Assembly (NCBI GenBank): GCA_049287005.1
Contig: JBAQEZ010000003.1
Coordinates: 465,084 to 529,083 of the forward strand
Source of the DNA: Candidatus Moraniibacteriota bacterium
GTDB taxonomy: Bacteria; Patescibacteriota; Minisyncoccia; Moranbacterales; UBA1568
Direction: 5' to 3'
Length of the DNA: 64,000 nt
In this document: piece after piece, positions 53,313-62,361 of the stretch
How the letters are laid out: the number at the start of each line of letters is the position of its first letter
Numbering within the stretch: the first letter of the stretch is position 1
Made by a program: the position numbers and the translations under genes
The notes under the pieces: generated by a model
Databases searched by the model: none
Told to the model about the DNA's origin: nothing
What the model saw: the letters and a program-made list of their open reading frames with translations, nothing else

Positions 53313-55661
53313 ATGAAATACAGTTACAACAAACTGGTCGAATTATCAGGCACGAAAAAAACCCCGGAGGAACTGGCGCAACTGTTTTTGATGCGTGCTT
53401 TCGAGGTGGAATCCGTTGAGCCGTTTGCGCAGCATTTGGAAAACGTCGTGATCGGATCGGTGCTGGAAGCAGAAAAACATCCGAATGCCGATAAGCTCAA
53501 AGTCACCAGGGTAGATACGGGCGATAGGGTTCGCCAGATCGTGTGTGGCGCCCCCAATGTCGCCGCAGGACAGAAGGTGGCCGTCGCTCTGCTGGGCGCG
53601 AAACTGCCGGGAAATATCACTATCAAAGAAGCGGAAATTCGCGGGGAGGCATCAGAGGGGATGATCTGTTCAGAAAAGGAGCTCGGGTTCGGCGAAGGGC
53701 AGGACGGTATTCTGGTCCTGCCGGATGATGCGCCCATTGGAATGCCATTCGCAGAGTATGCCGGCCTCGCGGACTTTCTCCTGGATCTGAAGATTCTTCC
53801 GGATCGTGGTGCGGATGCATTGTCATATCGGGGACTGGCCCGCGAAATCGCGGCTCTCGAAAGACGCCAGCTCTCTTTCGTACAGGAAAAACTCAGGAAA
53901 TATCCAGCCAATCCCATTGGTATAACGATCGTATCCGAAAAATGTTCTCGCTATGCTGGGTTTTGGTTCGAGCATGTGCGGCCGGGAACAGCGCCGCTTC
54001 CGCTGAGAGCGTTTCTTCTTTTGAACGGACTCCGTTCCATCAGTGTTCCGGTAGACATTACCAATTATTTTCTCTTGGAATACGGCCAGCCGATGCACGC
54101 TTTCGATGCGGATACGCTCGAGGGACACATCATCATTCGCCAGGCAGCGGCAGGCGAAACGCTGCAACTCTTGGGTGGCGAAACGATCACGCTGGATACG
54201 GAAGATCTCGTCATCGCCGATGAGCAGAAGGTACTCGCTCTCGCCGGCGTGATGGGGGGTATGCGCTCGGCGGTGACTAACAAAACGACGCGGGTCTTTC
54301 TTGAGATCGCTATTTTCGATGCGATCTCCATCAGACGGACACGCGTGCGGCACAATCTCGCTACGGATGCGGCCTATCGGTATGAACGCGGGCTGGATGC
54401 TCATGCGGCGGGAGACACTTTTGCCCGCGCGGCGGAATTGTTCGCCAGCTACTCTGGGGCAGACGTAGCGGGTTTTATGGACGTCTATCCGGCACCGATC
54501 GAACCGAAAACGATTACGTTGCCGATAAGTCTGCCGGAGAAGATGCTCGGCGTTCCGGTGGCCAAGGAATTTATCGGGAAGTGTCTCGAAGCGTTCGGTT
54601 GCGACGTGAGAGAAAAAAATGAAACGTTTATCGTGACCGTTCCGACGAGACGCAAAGATCTCGAAGATGAGTGGAACCTGGTAGAGGAGATCGGACGGAC
54701 ATTCGGATACGAAAATATTCCTGTGACGGCACCAACATTCGCGCTGGCTCTCTCAGAAGGTAATCCGGCGAAACGCTTCGAACGGGACGTGAAAGAATAT
54801 CTTTCGGCCGCCGGTTTCGATGAAATGATGACGTATTCATTCTACGGCGTACACGATGCGGAGAAATACTCTCTGGATCCGCAAGAGCATCTGACACTCT
54901 CCAACCCGCTCAGTCCGGAACTGGCGCTTATGCGACCATCGGTATTGCTGACAGCCCTGCTCAAGGCCAAGGACAACCTCCGTTATTTCGATTCTTTCCG
55001 CTATTTCGAATTCGGCAGCGCGTATGTGCGTGACGAGGAAACGTTCGTGAACGAAGGAAAACAGCTGGCACTAGTACTAGTTGATGCCGTGAGTGACGAT
55101 CTCTTCGCGCTCCTGAAAGGAAAAGTAGAAGCGTTGCTGGATTTTTCCCATCAGAAAAATATCACTTTTGCGGCGATAGCCGAGCAGGAGAGTATCTGGC
55201 ATCCCAGCCGTTCGGCACATATTCTTGCGGACGGAAACATCATCGGTACGATCGGGGAGATTTCCCCGCGGATTCTTTCGAAATTCGGAATGAAACGACG
55301 CATCGTAGCCGCTCTCTTTTCCGCGGAAACCTTGGCCGCGTCATATGCATCGACGACGACGATGCAACCGCTGCCGAAATTTCCTTTTGCCGTCCGTGAT
55401 ATTTCATTGACTTTCCCATCGGTCAATGGACGCAGTATCAATGTGGCGGAAGCAGAAGCGCTGCTCGATGAAGCAGGCGCGCCGCTCCTCAAACGGCACG
55501 AACTGTTCGATGTCTATGCACAGGGCGAAGAGAAAAGCCTGGCATTCCATCTCTCGTTCGGAGCGGATGACCGGACCCTTTCCGGCGAGGAGATGGATAG
55601 GGTATTCGATCGGATTGTGGCTCTGGCGAAAGAGCGATTTGAGGCTCGATTGAAGGATTAA
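53313..55661 (+). CDS. pheT: Phenylalanine--tRNA ligase beta subunit
   Basis: Starts MKYSYNKLVEL at the ATG at 53313. It has tRNA-binding, B3/B4, B5 and FDX-ACB domains in pheT order. The ORF-track start at 53208 overlaps pheS. Confidence 0.9.
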   Translation: MKYSYNKLVELSGTKKTPEELAQLFLMRAFEVESVEPFAQHLENVVIGSVLEAEKHPNADKLKVTRVDTGDRVRQIVCGAPNVAAGQKVAVALLGAKLPGNITIKEAEIRGEASEGMICSEKELGFGEGQDGILVLPDDAPIGMPFAEYAGLADFLLDLKILPDRGADALSYRGLAREIAALERRQLSFVQEKLRKYPANPIGITIVSEKCSRYAGFWFEHVRPGTAPLPLRAFLLLNGLRSISVPVDITNYFLLEYGQPMHAFDADTLEGHIIIRQAAAGETLQLLGGETITLDTEDLVIADEQKVLALAGVMGGMRSAVTNKTTRVFLEIAIFDAISIRRTRVRHNLATDAAYRYERGLDAHAAGDTFARAAELFASYSGADVAGFMDVYPAPIEPKTITLPISLPEKMLGVPVAKEFIGKCLEAFGCDVREKNETFIVTVPTRRKDLEDEWNLVEEIGRTFGYENIPVTAPTFALALSEGNPAKRFERDVKEYLSAAGFDEMMTYSFYGVHDAEKYSLDPQEHLTLSNPLSPELALMRPSVLLTALLKAKDNLRYFDSFRYFEFGSAYVRDEETFVNEGKQLALVLVDAVSDDLFALLKGKVEALLDFSHQKNITFAAIAEQESIWHPSRSAHILADGNIIGTIGEISPRILSKFGMKRRIVAALFSAETLAASYASTTTMQPLPKFPFAVRDISLTFPSVNGRSINVAEAEALLDEAGAPLLKRHELFDVYAQGEEKSLAFHLSFGADDRTLSGEEMDRVFDRIVALAKERFEARLKD

Positions 55662-55726
55662 TGGCGTTAGATGGTGGACAGGATGCCGGTTTTGTGCTAG
55701 AATAAGTCGTTTCCCGTTCTTTTCCA

Positions 55727-56123
55727 GAACAGATCGGATTATCGCGCGGCTGCTTCTTCGGAAGCGGAGCGAGGAAAGTCCGGACACCCGCCAACTTTGT
55801 CTGCTCTGGGCATCGTATGCCGCTTGAGGAGGCATAGTGAGCAGAATAGACAAAGTTGGCAGCAGGTAGCGGGTAACCCCCGTCTAGAGCGATCTACGAG
55901 GTGCGAACAGAGATGTCTTGTTCCGAAAGGAATGAGAGGACCCGCAAGGGTTCAGTCCTTACGGCAACGTAGGGGGTGCAACAGCTAAATCCTTACTTGG
56001 GTGCAAGGCCGTGCCTCGAGCAATCGGGGAGTGCCGCAAAGATCTTGCCGGCAACGGCAAGGCAAGAGAAATGATAATCCTCTCTCGCGAGAGAGAGACA
56101 GGATCCGGCTTATAGATCTGTTC
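55727..56123 (+). ncRNA. rnpB: RNase P RNA, bacterial type A
   Basis: P4 5' strand GAGGAAAGTCCGGACACC, 3' region ACAGGATCCGGCTTATAGATCTGTTC, and P1 pairing gaacagatc (55727..55735) with gatctgttc (56115..56123). About 400 nt, with no ORF. Confidence 0.8.
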
Positions 56124-56175
56124 AGGAAAAGAATGAGAAGCATTTGAAAAGCTAAAAGCTAACGCAGCTGTTCCC

Positions 56176-57603
56176 ATGAAACGTTCCGAAATATTTTTCA
56201 GCGCCATTCAAGTCCCGGTTGATTTCATGATGATTCTTTTGGCCGCCGCAACGGCCTATTTTCTGCGTGGGTTGCCGCTGTTCGAAGGTTATGTGTCCCG
56301 CGTCTTCAATCTGACTTTCCGGGGCTATCTGGAATTCGCTTTGACAGTCGCCCCGTTTTTTCTCATCATCCTGGCCATCGAGGGACTATACAGCATGCGT
56401 TCTACGCGGCGTTTTTGGCAAGAAGCCTACGGCGTAATGAAGGCTATCACTTTCGGATTGATTGTTTTGATCATTGCTGTTTTTCTGAATCGGGAATGGT
56501 TTTCTTCGCGCTTTGTTATCATTATCGGCTGGCTCTTGGCGGTCTTCTATGTGGTGGTGGCCCGCTATGTCATCCAGCGTATCCAGAAGTGGCTCTTGGT
56601 GAACCGAGGGACGGGCATCCACCGCGTGCTCCTCATCGGATTCAATGACAAGATGAGAAAAATGCGCTCTCTTCTGATCAAGAACAAGGAGCTCGGTTAC
56701 CGTGTCGTGGATCAGATCGCTGATGCCAGCGTCTCGCACATCAAGGACATCCGAGAGAGTAAAGGCATCGATGAGATCATTATCGGCGATCCGTCGCTGA
56801 CCGATGACGAGCAGGCCAAGCTGTTCGACTATTGCCAGATCAACAATATCCTCTATCGTTTTTTCCCTACTTCGCTGCAGACGACGCATTTTTCGATGCA
56901 GATTTGGAACGGCGAACCGATCATCGAATTCCAGCACACACCGCTTGATGGCTGGGGGAGAGTGCTCAAGAGAGCGTATGATATCGTCGCCGGCGTTGTT
57001 CTGACCGTGCTCTTTTCGCCGCTGATGATCGTGATCGCCCTGCTCATCAAGCTCGAGGATCCGGATGGGCCGATCATCTACAAGAACGAACGCATCGGTG
57101 AGAACGGCAAGAAGTTCTTCGTCTACAAGTTCCGCTATATGCTGTGGAAATATTGCATTACCAAGGAAAACCCGGAATTGAAAGAGGCCGTGGCATTCGA
57201 GGAAACGCTCATCGAAGAGCGCAATGCCCGTAAAGGAGGAGTCCTGTACAAGATCAAAAATGACCCGCGCAAGATGAAAATAGGGTCGTTCATCGAACGG
57301 TATTCGCTCGACGAGCTACCGCAATTCTTCAACGTCCTCGAGGGCAGCATGAGCCTTGTCGGTCCGCGTCCGCATCAGGAACGTGAAGTGGATCGCTATG
57401 CGGAATACCACCGCCGCCTGCTGACGATCAGACCGGGCGTGACCGGTATGGCGCAGATTTCCGGACGTTCCGATCTCGCTTTCGAAGACGAATATCATCT
57501 GGATGTTTTCTACATCGAGAATTGGTCGCTGTGGCTGGATATGGTCATCTGCCTCAAGACTGCCGGCGTCCTCCTCCATCGCCGCAAACACAACAGAAAA
57601 TAA
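56176..57603 (+). CDS. Undecaprenyl-phosphate sugar phosphotransferase (WbaP/WcaJ-type bacterial sugar transferase)
   Basis: N-terminal TM helices and the C-terminal catalytic domain motifs DELPQFFNVLEGSMSLVGPRP and RPGVTGMAQI. Confidence 0.85.
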   Translation: MKRSEIFFSAIQVPVDFMMILLAAATAYFLRGLPLFEGYVSRVFNLTFRGYLEFALTVAPFFLIILAIEGLYSMRSTRRFWQEAYGVMKAITFGLIVLIIAVFLNREWFSSRFVIIIGWLLAVFYVVVARYVIQRIQKWLLVNRGTGIHRVLLIGFNDKMRKMRSLLIKNKELGYRVVDQIADASVSHIKDIRESKGIDEIIIGDPSLTDDEQAKLFDYCQINNILYRFFPTSLQTTHFSMQIWNGEPIIEFQHTPLDGWGRVLKRAYDIVAGVVLTVLFSPLMIVIALLIKLEDPDGPIIYKNERIGENGKKFFVYKFRYMLWKYCITKENPELKEAVAFEETLIEERNARKGGVLYKIKNDPRKMKIGSFIERYSLDELPQFFNVLEGSMSLVGPRPHQEREVDRYAEYHRRLLTIRPGVTGMAQISGRSDLAFEDEYHLDVFYIENWSLWLDMVICLKTAGVLLHRRKHNRK

Positions 57604-57645
57604 ATACAATCATAATTTCACGGTCGTGAAATTATGATTGTATTT
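57602..57645 (+). terminator. Perfect 20-bp inverted repeat with a 4-nt loop (terminator-like hairpin) after the sugar transferase
   Basis: aaatacaatcataatttcac-ggtc-gtgaaattatgattgtattt. It overlaps the stop codon at 57601..57603 and has only a short T-run. Confidence 0.45.
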
Positions 57646-57808
57646 TACGGAAGGCTCTCTGTGATTTTCGCAGGGAGTTTTTTATCTTGACATGAAATCT
57701 GTTTTTTCTCTTCCATTTTGATATACTGGATGTAATAGAAAGATATTCAAAATAACGCAACAAAACGTTGTGAGTGGTTTTGTAAAATAATTTTTTAAGC
57801 AAAAAAGT

Positions 57809-58093
57809 ATGTGTTCATTTCTTAAGTGTCCAAGTGATATCAGCATAATTGTTTGGTTTTTAATTATATCGGCAATTTTTTCGTTTATAATTTTAGCAAA
57901 GTATAAAAACAGACATCTTTCTTCTCTGGTTTTTTCTATTCTTGTCAACGGAATATTTTTTTTGACAGCTATTTCTGGCAGTTTGATTTTTCGAATTTAT
58001 GGGGTTGAATGGCTCCAATATTTCTCCATCTTCATTTGGCCAGTTATAAATATTATCCTCATCATTCTTTATGTCAGGAAAAAAAATCGGTAG
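57809..58093 (+). CDS. Possible small membrane protein in an AT-rich island
   Basis: 94 aa with three hydrophobic helices. Local AT content is high, and it overlaps the next gene start by 23 nt. Confidence 0.35.
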   Translation: MCSFLKCPSDISIIVWFLIISAIFSFIILAKYKNRHLSSLVFSILVNGIFFLTAISGSLIFRIYGVEWLQYFSIFIWPVINIILIILYVRKKNR

Positions 58094-61000
58094 GTACGTT
58101 CTTGTATCCATACTTTCTTTTTTCATAATATTTTCCCCGGTCAATCTTTCAGTCCTCCGCAACACTTCTTCGGCACAGACCGTTCCCGACGAAACGATAT
58201 CCGATTCTGTGGTTTGGTCTGAAAATAGGGTAGTGACAGGAACCATAACCGTTCAAGTCGGAGCGACACTGACGATTGCCAAAGGTGTCACGATAGAGTT
58301 CGATGGACAGGCATGGATGGATGTCAACGGCAGACTTTCGATAGAAGGGGCTCCTGAGCAGCCGGTCGTATTGAAGAAAAAAGATGCTGATGATGGGGAT
58401 TTCTTTACGATCGCAGCTGTCTCATCCGGAGTCATATCAGCGAGAAATGTCGATGTATCCGGTGGAGGCAGCGCTTCCGAGATTTTTATGGTGGAAGGAA
58501 ATCAGCGCGATTCCCTCTTTCAATACGCGAATGCTTTTTGGATGTATCAGGGTGCGTTTGGCGCGCAAGGCGGAGGAACGCTCGATATTGAAGGGGCAAA
58601 CTTCCACGGTAATCCGCTTGCGGTATATACCGATTCGTCTTCCTATTTTCAGGTGAAAGTGTGGCGATCGAAATTTTCAGGCAATACTTTCGATTTTGTC
58701 AATACAGATAATTCTGTGTCAAACAGCTCTGATATCCGGTATAATTGGTGGGGCAGCGCGGATGGCCCGGAGCACTGTACCAATCCGGACGAATGCGAAC
58801 CTTGGCATACGTATAAGAAAGTTCTCGGTAATGTGAATGTTGCCGATTGGGCGAAAGAAGAAAATTTCAAAGACCCGGTCGTGGTCATACCGGGAATTAT
58901 GGGTTCATGGAAGATGACGCAGAAAAGCGAGTTGAAACTGGACCCTGTTTTTGGTACCTATGATGGACTTTTGGAAACACTCGATGAGAATGGCTATACG
59001 GCAGGAAAAGACCTTTTTCCGTTTCCATACGAGTGGCATTACAGCAACGTTGAATCGGCCAAGCTTCTGAAAACGAAGATCAATGAGATAAAAGCGGCTA
59101 CGAAATGGCCGAGAGTGGATATCGTCGCTCATTCGATGGGCGGACTGGTAGCGCGCGAGTATATTGGAACTTTGGATGGCGGGGGCAATGTTGATCAGCT
59201 CATTACGCTGGGAACGCCGCATGAGGGTTCACCGAATAGTTATTTGATGTGGGAGGGTGGTAAATTTTCGTCCCCATCAAGATTTTCTATATTTGATTTT
59301 TTTGCTAATGGAATTTTCCAGCAAGAAGCCGAGGAGAATGGATATGAAACAGTATTCGATTATATCAGGAAAGCCCCGATAGTTTCTGTACGCGAGCTCT
59401 TGCCGACATATTCCTATCTTCGCGACAAAGAATCAAATGCGTTGCGGACATACCCGAATCTGTATCCTATCAATACGTTTCTTCAGAATCTCAAAACTAC
59501 GACAAATATGAACCGACTTGCGCCGGTCATCTTTACCAATATCGTCGGAAAAACAAGCAATGATGAGACAGTAGGAAAAATTCGTGTCGATGGTGCATCG
59601 ATAGAATTACTGAGCGATCCGGAAAAGATAGTGTTGTGGGGGCATGGAAAACCTGATGGGTACGATAGTGTGATTGGTGATAGAGGGTTGGAGCTCGATT
59701 CTGGCGATGGCACGGTACCGATTGATTCTGCAAAGGGAATTGTTTCTGATGAAACGATAGAATTGGCGAGTAGCCATTCCAATCTTCCTTCTGATGCGGC
59801 AAAAACGGTGTTCAAAACACTGACCGGGTCAGATGCACTATCTGGCGTTTCGTTGAAATCTCCCACTTCTCTTTTGCTTTTTAATGTCTTCTCTCCCATC
59901 GATATACAGATCGTTGCTCCTTCCGGGAAGAAGGTGGGGAAGAATTTCGAGACTGGTGGAGTCTATGACGAGATTCCTCTGGCTTACTATACCGGTTATG
60001 ATACAAAGAATGAATTCGTGACGATACCGAATCCGGAAGAGGGAGAATATAGGATTCTTACGCAAGGAACCGGTGATGGCCCATATCGCATAGAAGCGGC
60101 AAAAATAACTGAGACAGGAGCTTCTGGCGGGGAGGCGAAAGAATCAGTCGTTTCTTTTGTCGGCACGGCTGTTTTGGATATGAGAGAGGAGAAGAAAATC
60201 GAGCTTCTGAGCGATGATACGGTCGTGTCTGAGGGCCAGGACGCTATTCCTCCGACTACTACCACTGTCTCAACCGCTGGCACCGCTGGGACTAATGGCT
60301 GGTACATAGGTGACGTGACGTTGACGCTTGCCGCTCAGGATAATGAGAATGGCAGCGGTGTTGAAAAGACGGAGTATTCTCTCGATAATGGTACGACGTG
60401 GAATGTGTATACTGATCCGGTGGTCATTTCTCAAGAGGGAACAACTACTTTGCAATACTTCTCCACAGATAAGCAGGGGAATAAGGAGGAAATAAAGACG
60501 GAAACCATCAAGATAGACAAAACTGCTCCCGAGGCCAAGATAGCTTTCAGTCCGACGACTAAAAAGCTCGATATCGTGGGTACGGACAATCTCTCGCAGA
60601 ATGTCTCTGTCGTGATAGTGGAGAAGGCTGAAATGAACGTATCGAACAAAAAAGTGAAAAAAATCAGGCCTTGGTTTGTAGAGTGGTTCTGGAAAAACAG
60701 GAGAACTCTTCCGGATATGCTGGTAACGCTGACCGATGAAGCCGGCCATACGACCAGCATCGCTTTTGAGAAAACAAAAGATCGGAATGGGTACCTCTTT
60801 ATCCGAGTGAAGTCTATCGCGTATGATGGCAGCGAAATACTCCTCTCCAACGCGGTTGCACAGTACAAATGGCAGATGGATTGGAAGAAACAGTATCGAT
60901 TGTTCGCATCGTATCTGAGAACTGCCTCAACGGATATCGAGTCCCACTATATCCCGAAAAGGAACGAAACCTGGATCATGGAAAGACCGAGAGACCTCGC

Positions 61001-61112
61001 CGATGATACTCATGACGACGATAGCGAGCGGCGGCCTATTCGAAAGAGACTACCAGGCATGGTTATCTCGTATCTCCAAACAGAAAAAGGCAGCGTAGGA
61101 ATGAGTTATTAG
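58071..61112 (+). CDS. Large secreted multidomain protein: signal peptide, beta-helix-like repeats, alpha/beta-hydrolase lipase domain, Ig-like domains
   Basis: Signal peptide MSGKKIGRYVLVSILSFFIIFSPV. The lipase-like nucleophile elbow IVAHSMGGLVAREY is followed by LGTPHEGS. The C-terminal half is Thr-rich, Ig-like domains (TAPEAKIAFSPT). Confidence 0.7.
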   Translation: MSGKKIGRYVLVSILSFFIIFSPVNLSVLRNTSSAQTVPDETISDSVVWSENRVVTGTITVQVGATLTIAKGVTIEFDGQAWMDVNGRLSIEGAPEQPVVLKKKDADDGDFFTIAAVSSGVISARNVDVSGGGSASEIFMVEGNQRDSLFQYANAFWMYQGAFGAQGGGTLDIEGANFHGNPLAVYTDSSSYFQVKVWRSKFSGNTFDFVNTDNSVSNSSDIRYNWWGSADGPEHCTNPDECEPWHTYKKVLGNVNVADWAKEENFKDPVVVIPGIMGSWKMTQKSELKLDPVFGTYDGLLETLDENGYTAGKDLFPFPYEWHYSNVESAKLLKTKINEIKAATKWPRVDIVAHSMGGLVAREYIGTLDGGGNVDQLITLGTPHEGSPNSYLMWEGGKFSSPSRFSIFDFFANGIFQQEAEENGYETVFDYIRKAPIVSVRELLPTYSYLRDKESNALRTYPNLYPINTFLQNLKTTTNMNRLAPVIFTNIVGKTSNDETVGKIRVDGASIELLSDPEKIVLWGHGKPDGYDSVIGDRGLELDSGDGTVPIDSAKGIVSDETIELASSHSNLPSDAAKTVFKTLTGSDALSGVSLKSPTSLLLFNVFSPIDIQIVAPSGKKVGKNFETGGVYDEIPLAYYTGYDTKNEFVTIPNPEEGEYRILTQGTGDGPYRIEAAKITETGASGGEAKESVVSFVGTAVLDMREEKKIELLSDDTVVSEGQDAIPPTTTTVSTAGTAGTNGWYIGDVTLTLAAQDNENGSGVEKTEYSLDNGTTWNVYTDPVVISQEGTTTLQYFSTDKQGNKEEIKTETIKIDKTAPEAKIAFSPTTKKLDIVGTDNLSQNVSVVIVEKAEMNVSNKKVKKIRPWFVEWFWKNRRTLPDMLVTLTDEAGHTTSIAFEKTKDRNGYLFIRVKSIAYDGSEILLSNAVAQYKWQMDWKKQYRLFASYLRTASTDIESHYIPKRNETWIMERPRDLADDTHDDDSERRPIRKRLPGMVISYLQTEKGSVGMSY

Positions 61113-61162
61113 AACAGTGGTATAATAGAAGCATAGCCTTCTAACTTTTAACTTATAATTCT

Positions 61163-61507
61163 ATGCTTCTTATCAAATGGCTGGTCAGCGCCCTGGCGTT
61201 TCTGGCACTGCCGTACATCATAGCGGGGATTAGTGTGCAAAGCTTTGGAACGGCGTTGGTGTTGGCGCTTCTGTGGGGCGTGGTAAACGTCACTATCAAG
61301 CCGATTTTGCTGGTTCTGACTCTGCCTATCAATCTTCTGACGTTCGGTATCTTCACGTTCATCATCAACGGCTTTCTGCTCTGGATTCTCGGGGGGATGA
61401 TCAAGGGCTTCGAGGTGCATGGCTTCTGGGTGGCGGTGCTCGGCGCGCTCGTCCTCTCGGCTATCGGTACCCTCACGCATTTCGTGTTCCACAGAGCTGA
61501 GATGTAA
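61163..61507 (+). CDS. YvlD/phage-holin-family-4-like membrane protein
   Basis: 114 aa with four TM helices. The pattern LPYIIAG...WGVVNVTIKPILLVLTLPINLLTFGIF..INGFLLWIL matches Phage_holin_4_2/YvlD. Confidence 0.55.
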   Translation: MLLIKWLVSALAFLALPYIIAGISVQSFGTALVLALLWGVVNVTIKPILLVLTLPINLLTFGIFTFIINGFLLWILGGMIKGFEVHGFWVAVLGALVLSAIGTLTHFVFHRAEM

Positions 61508-61582
61508 TAGGTATATTGTTTCGATTGAACTAAAAAATCCCGACCATCATCAGGCCGGGATTTTACTTTCTCGAAGAATCTT

Positions 61583-62296
61583 TCAATCACGCTTTTCTTC
61601 GCTTGGGAGGGTGATGAGAGCGATTATGAGGGTAAGAGACAGGCCCACGAAGAGGACGGCGATAGAGGCGATATAGAAGTGCTTCAGGAACCAGGGTTTG
61701 TACTGTGAGATCCTCTGATCGAGCTCCCGGAGGTCTTGCCACCAGTGCTTGTTATTGTAGACCAATCTCATAGCCAGGGATTGGTTTTTCGTCACTTCTC
61801 CAGTGGTGGCGAGAGCGAGAGACATATCTTCATTTTTGTTTTCCGTGGTGAAAAAACGCAAGTACCTCGTACTGGTATTGGCCTTCTCGTATGAAACGAT
61901 GGCACAATATTTCTTGCCGTCGGAATCCTGTACGGGCGGGAAGGTGACGACGTAGAGATTGTCTGCGTTGAGGAAGGGGACTGCCAAAGTGCCTTGTCTT
62001 TCGGCAGTGGTACACGTTTCATCGGAGAGGGTTACTCGTACGGTATCGTCTTTATTCGGTCCAGGGGTACGGAGCAAGAATTCAATTCTGCTGAGTCCGT
62101 CTCGATTGGCGACGAATGTCTGGTGAAAGGCTTGATCGTGGTATATTTTCAAAGGATCTCCTTTCTCCAAAACAGTCTGGGAGTCGGGAAAAGATATGAT
62201 GCTGAAAAACTTGAAGAAGATCAGGAAAACGAGTATTCCCAAGGCCGTCAGCAGTATTTTTTTGGAATTGAATTTCATGCTTTTAACTTTCTTCAT
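61583..62296 (-). CDS. Hypothetical bitopic protein (N- and C-terminal TM helices, extracytoplasmic middle)
   Basis: 237 aa with no motif. Confidence 0.45.
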   Translation of the reverse strand: MKKVKSMKFNSKKILLTALGILVFLIFFKFFSIISFPDSQTVLEKGDPLKIYHDQAFHQTFVANRDGLSRIEFLLRTPGPNKDDTVRVTLSDETCTTAERQGTLAVPFLNADNLYVVTFPPVQDSDGKKYCAIVSYEKANTSTRYLRFFTTENKNEDMSLALATTGEVTKNQSLAMRLVYNNKHWWQDLRELDQRISQYKPWFLKHFYIASIAVLFVGLSLTLIIALITLPSEEKRD

Positions 62297-62361
62297 TTGA
62301 TAGACTTGTGACTTTACAAACTTTCTAACTTTCTGTCTTTCTAACTTTACAAACTCTTTTC

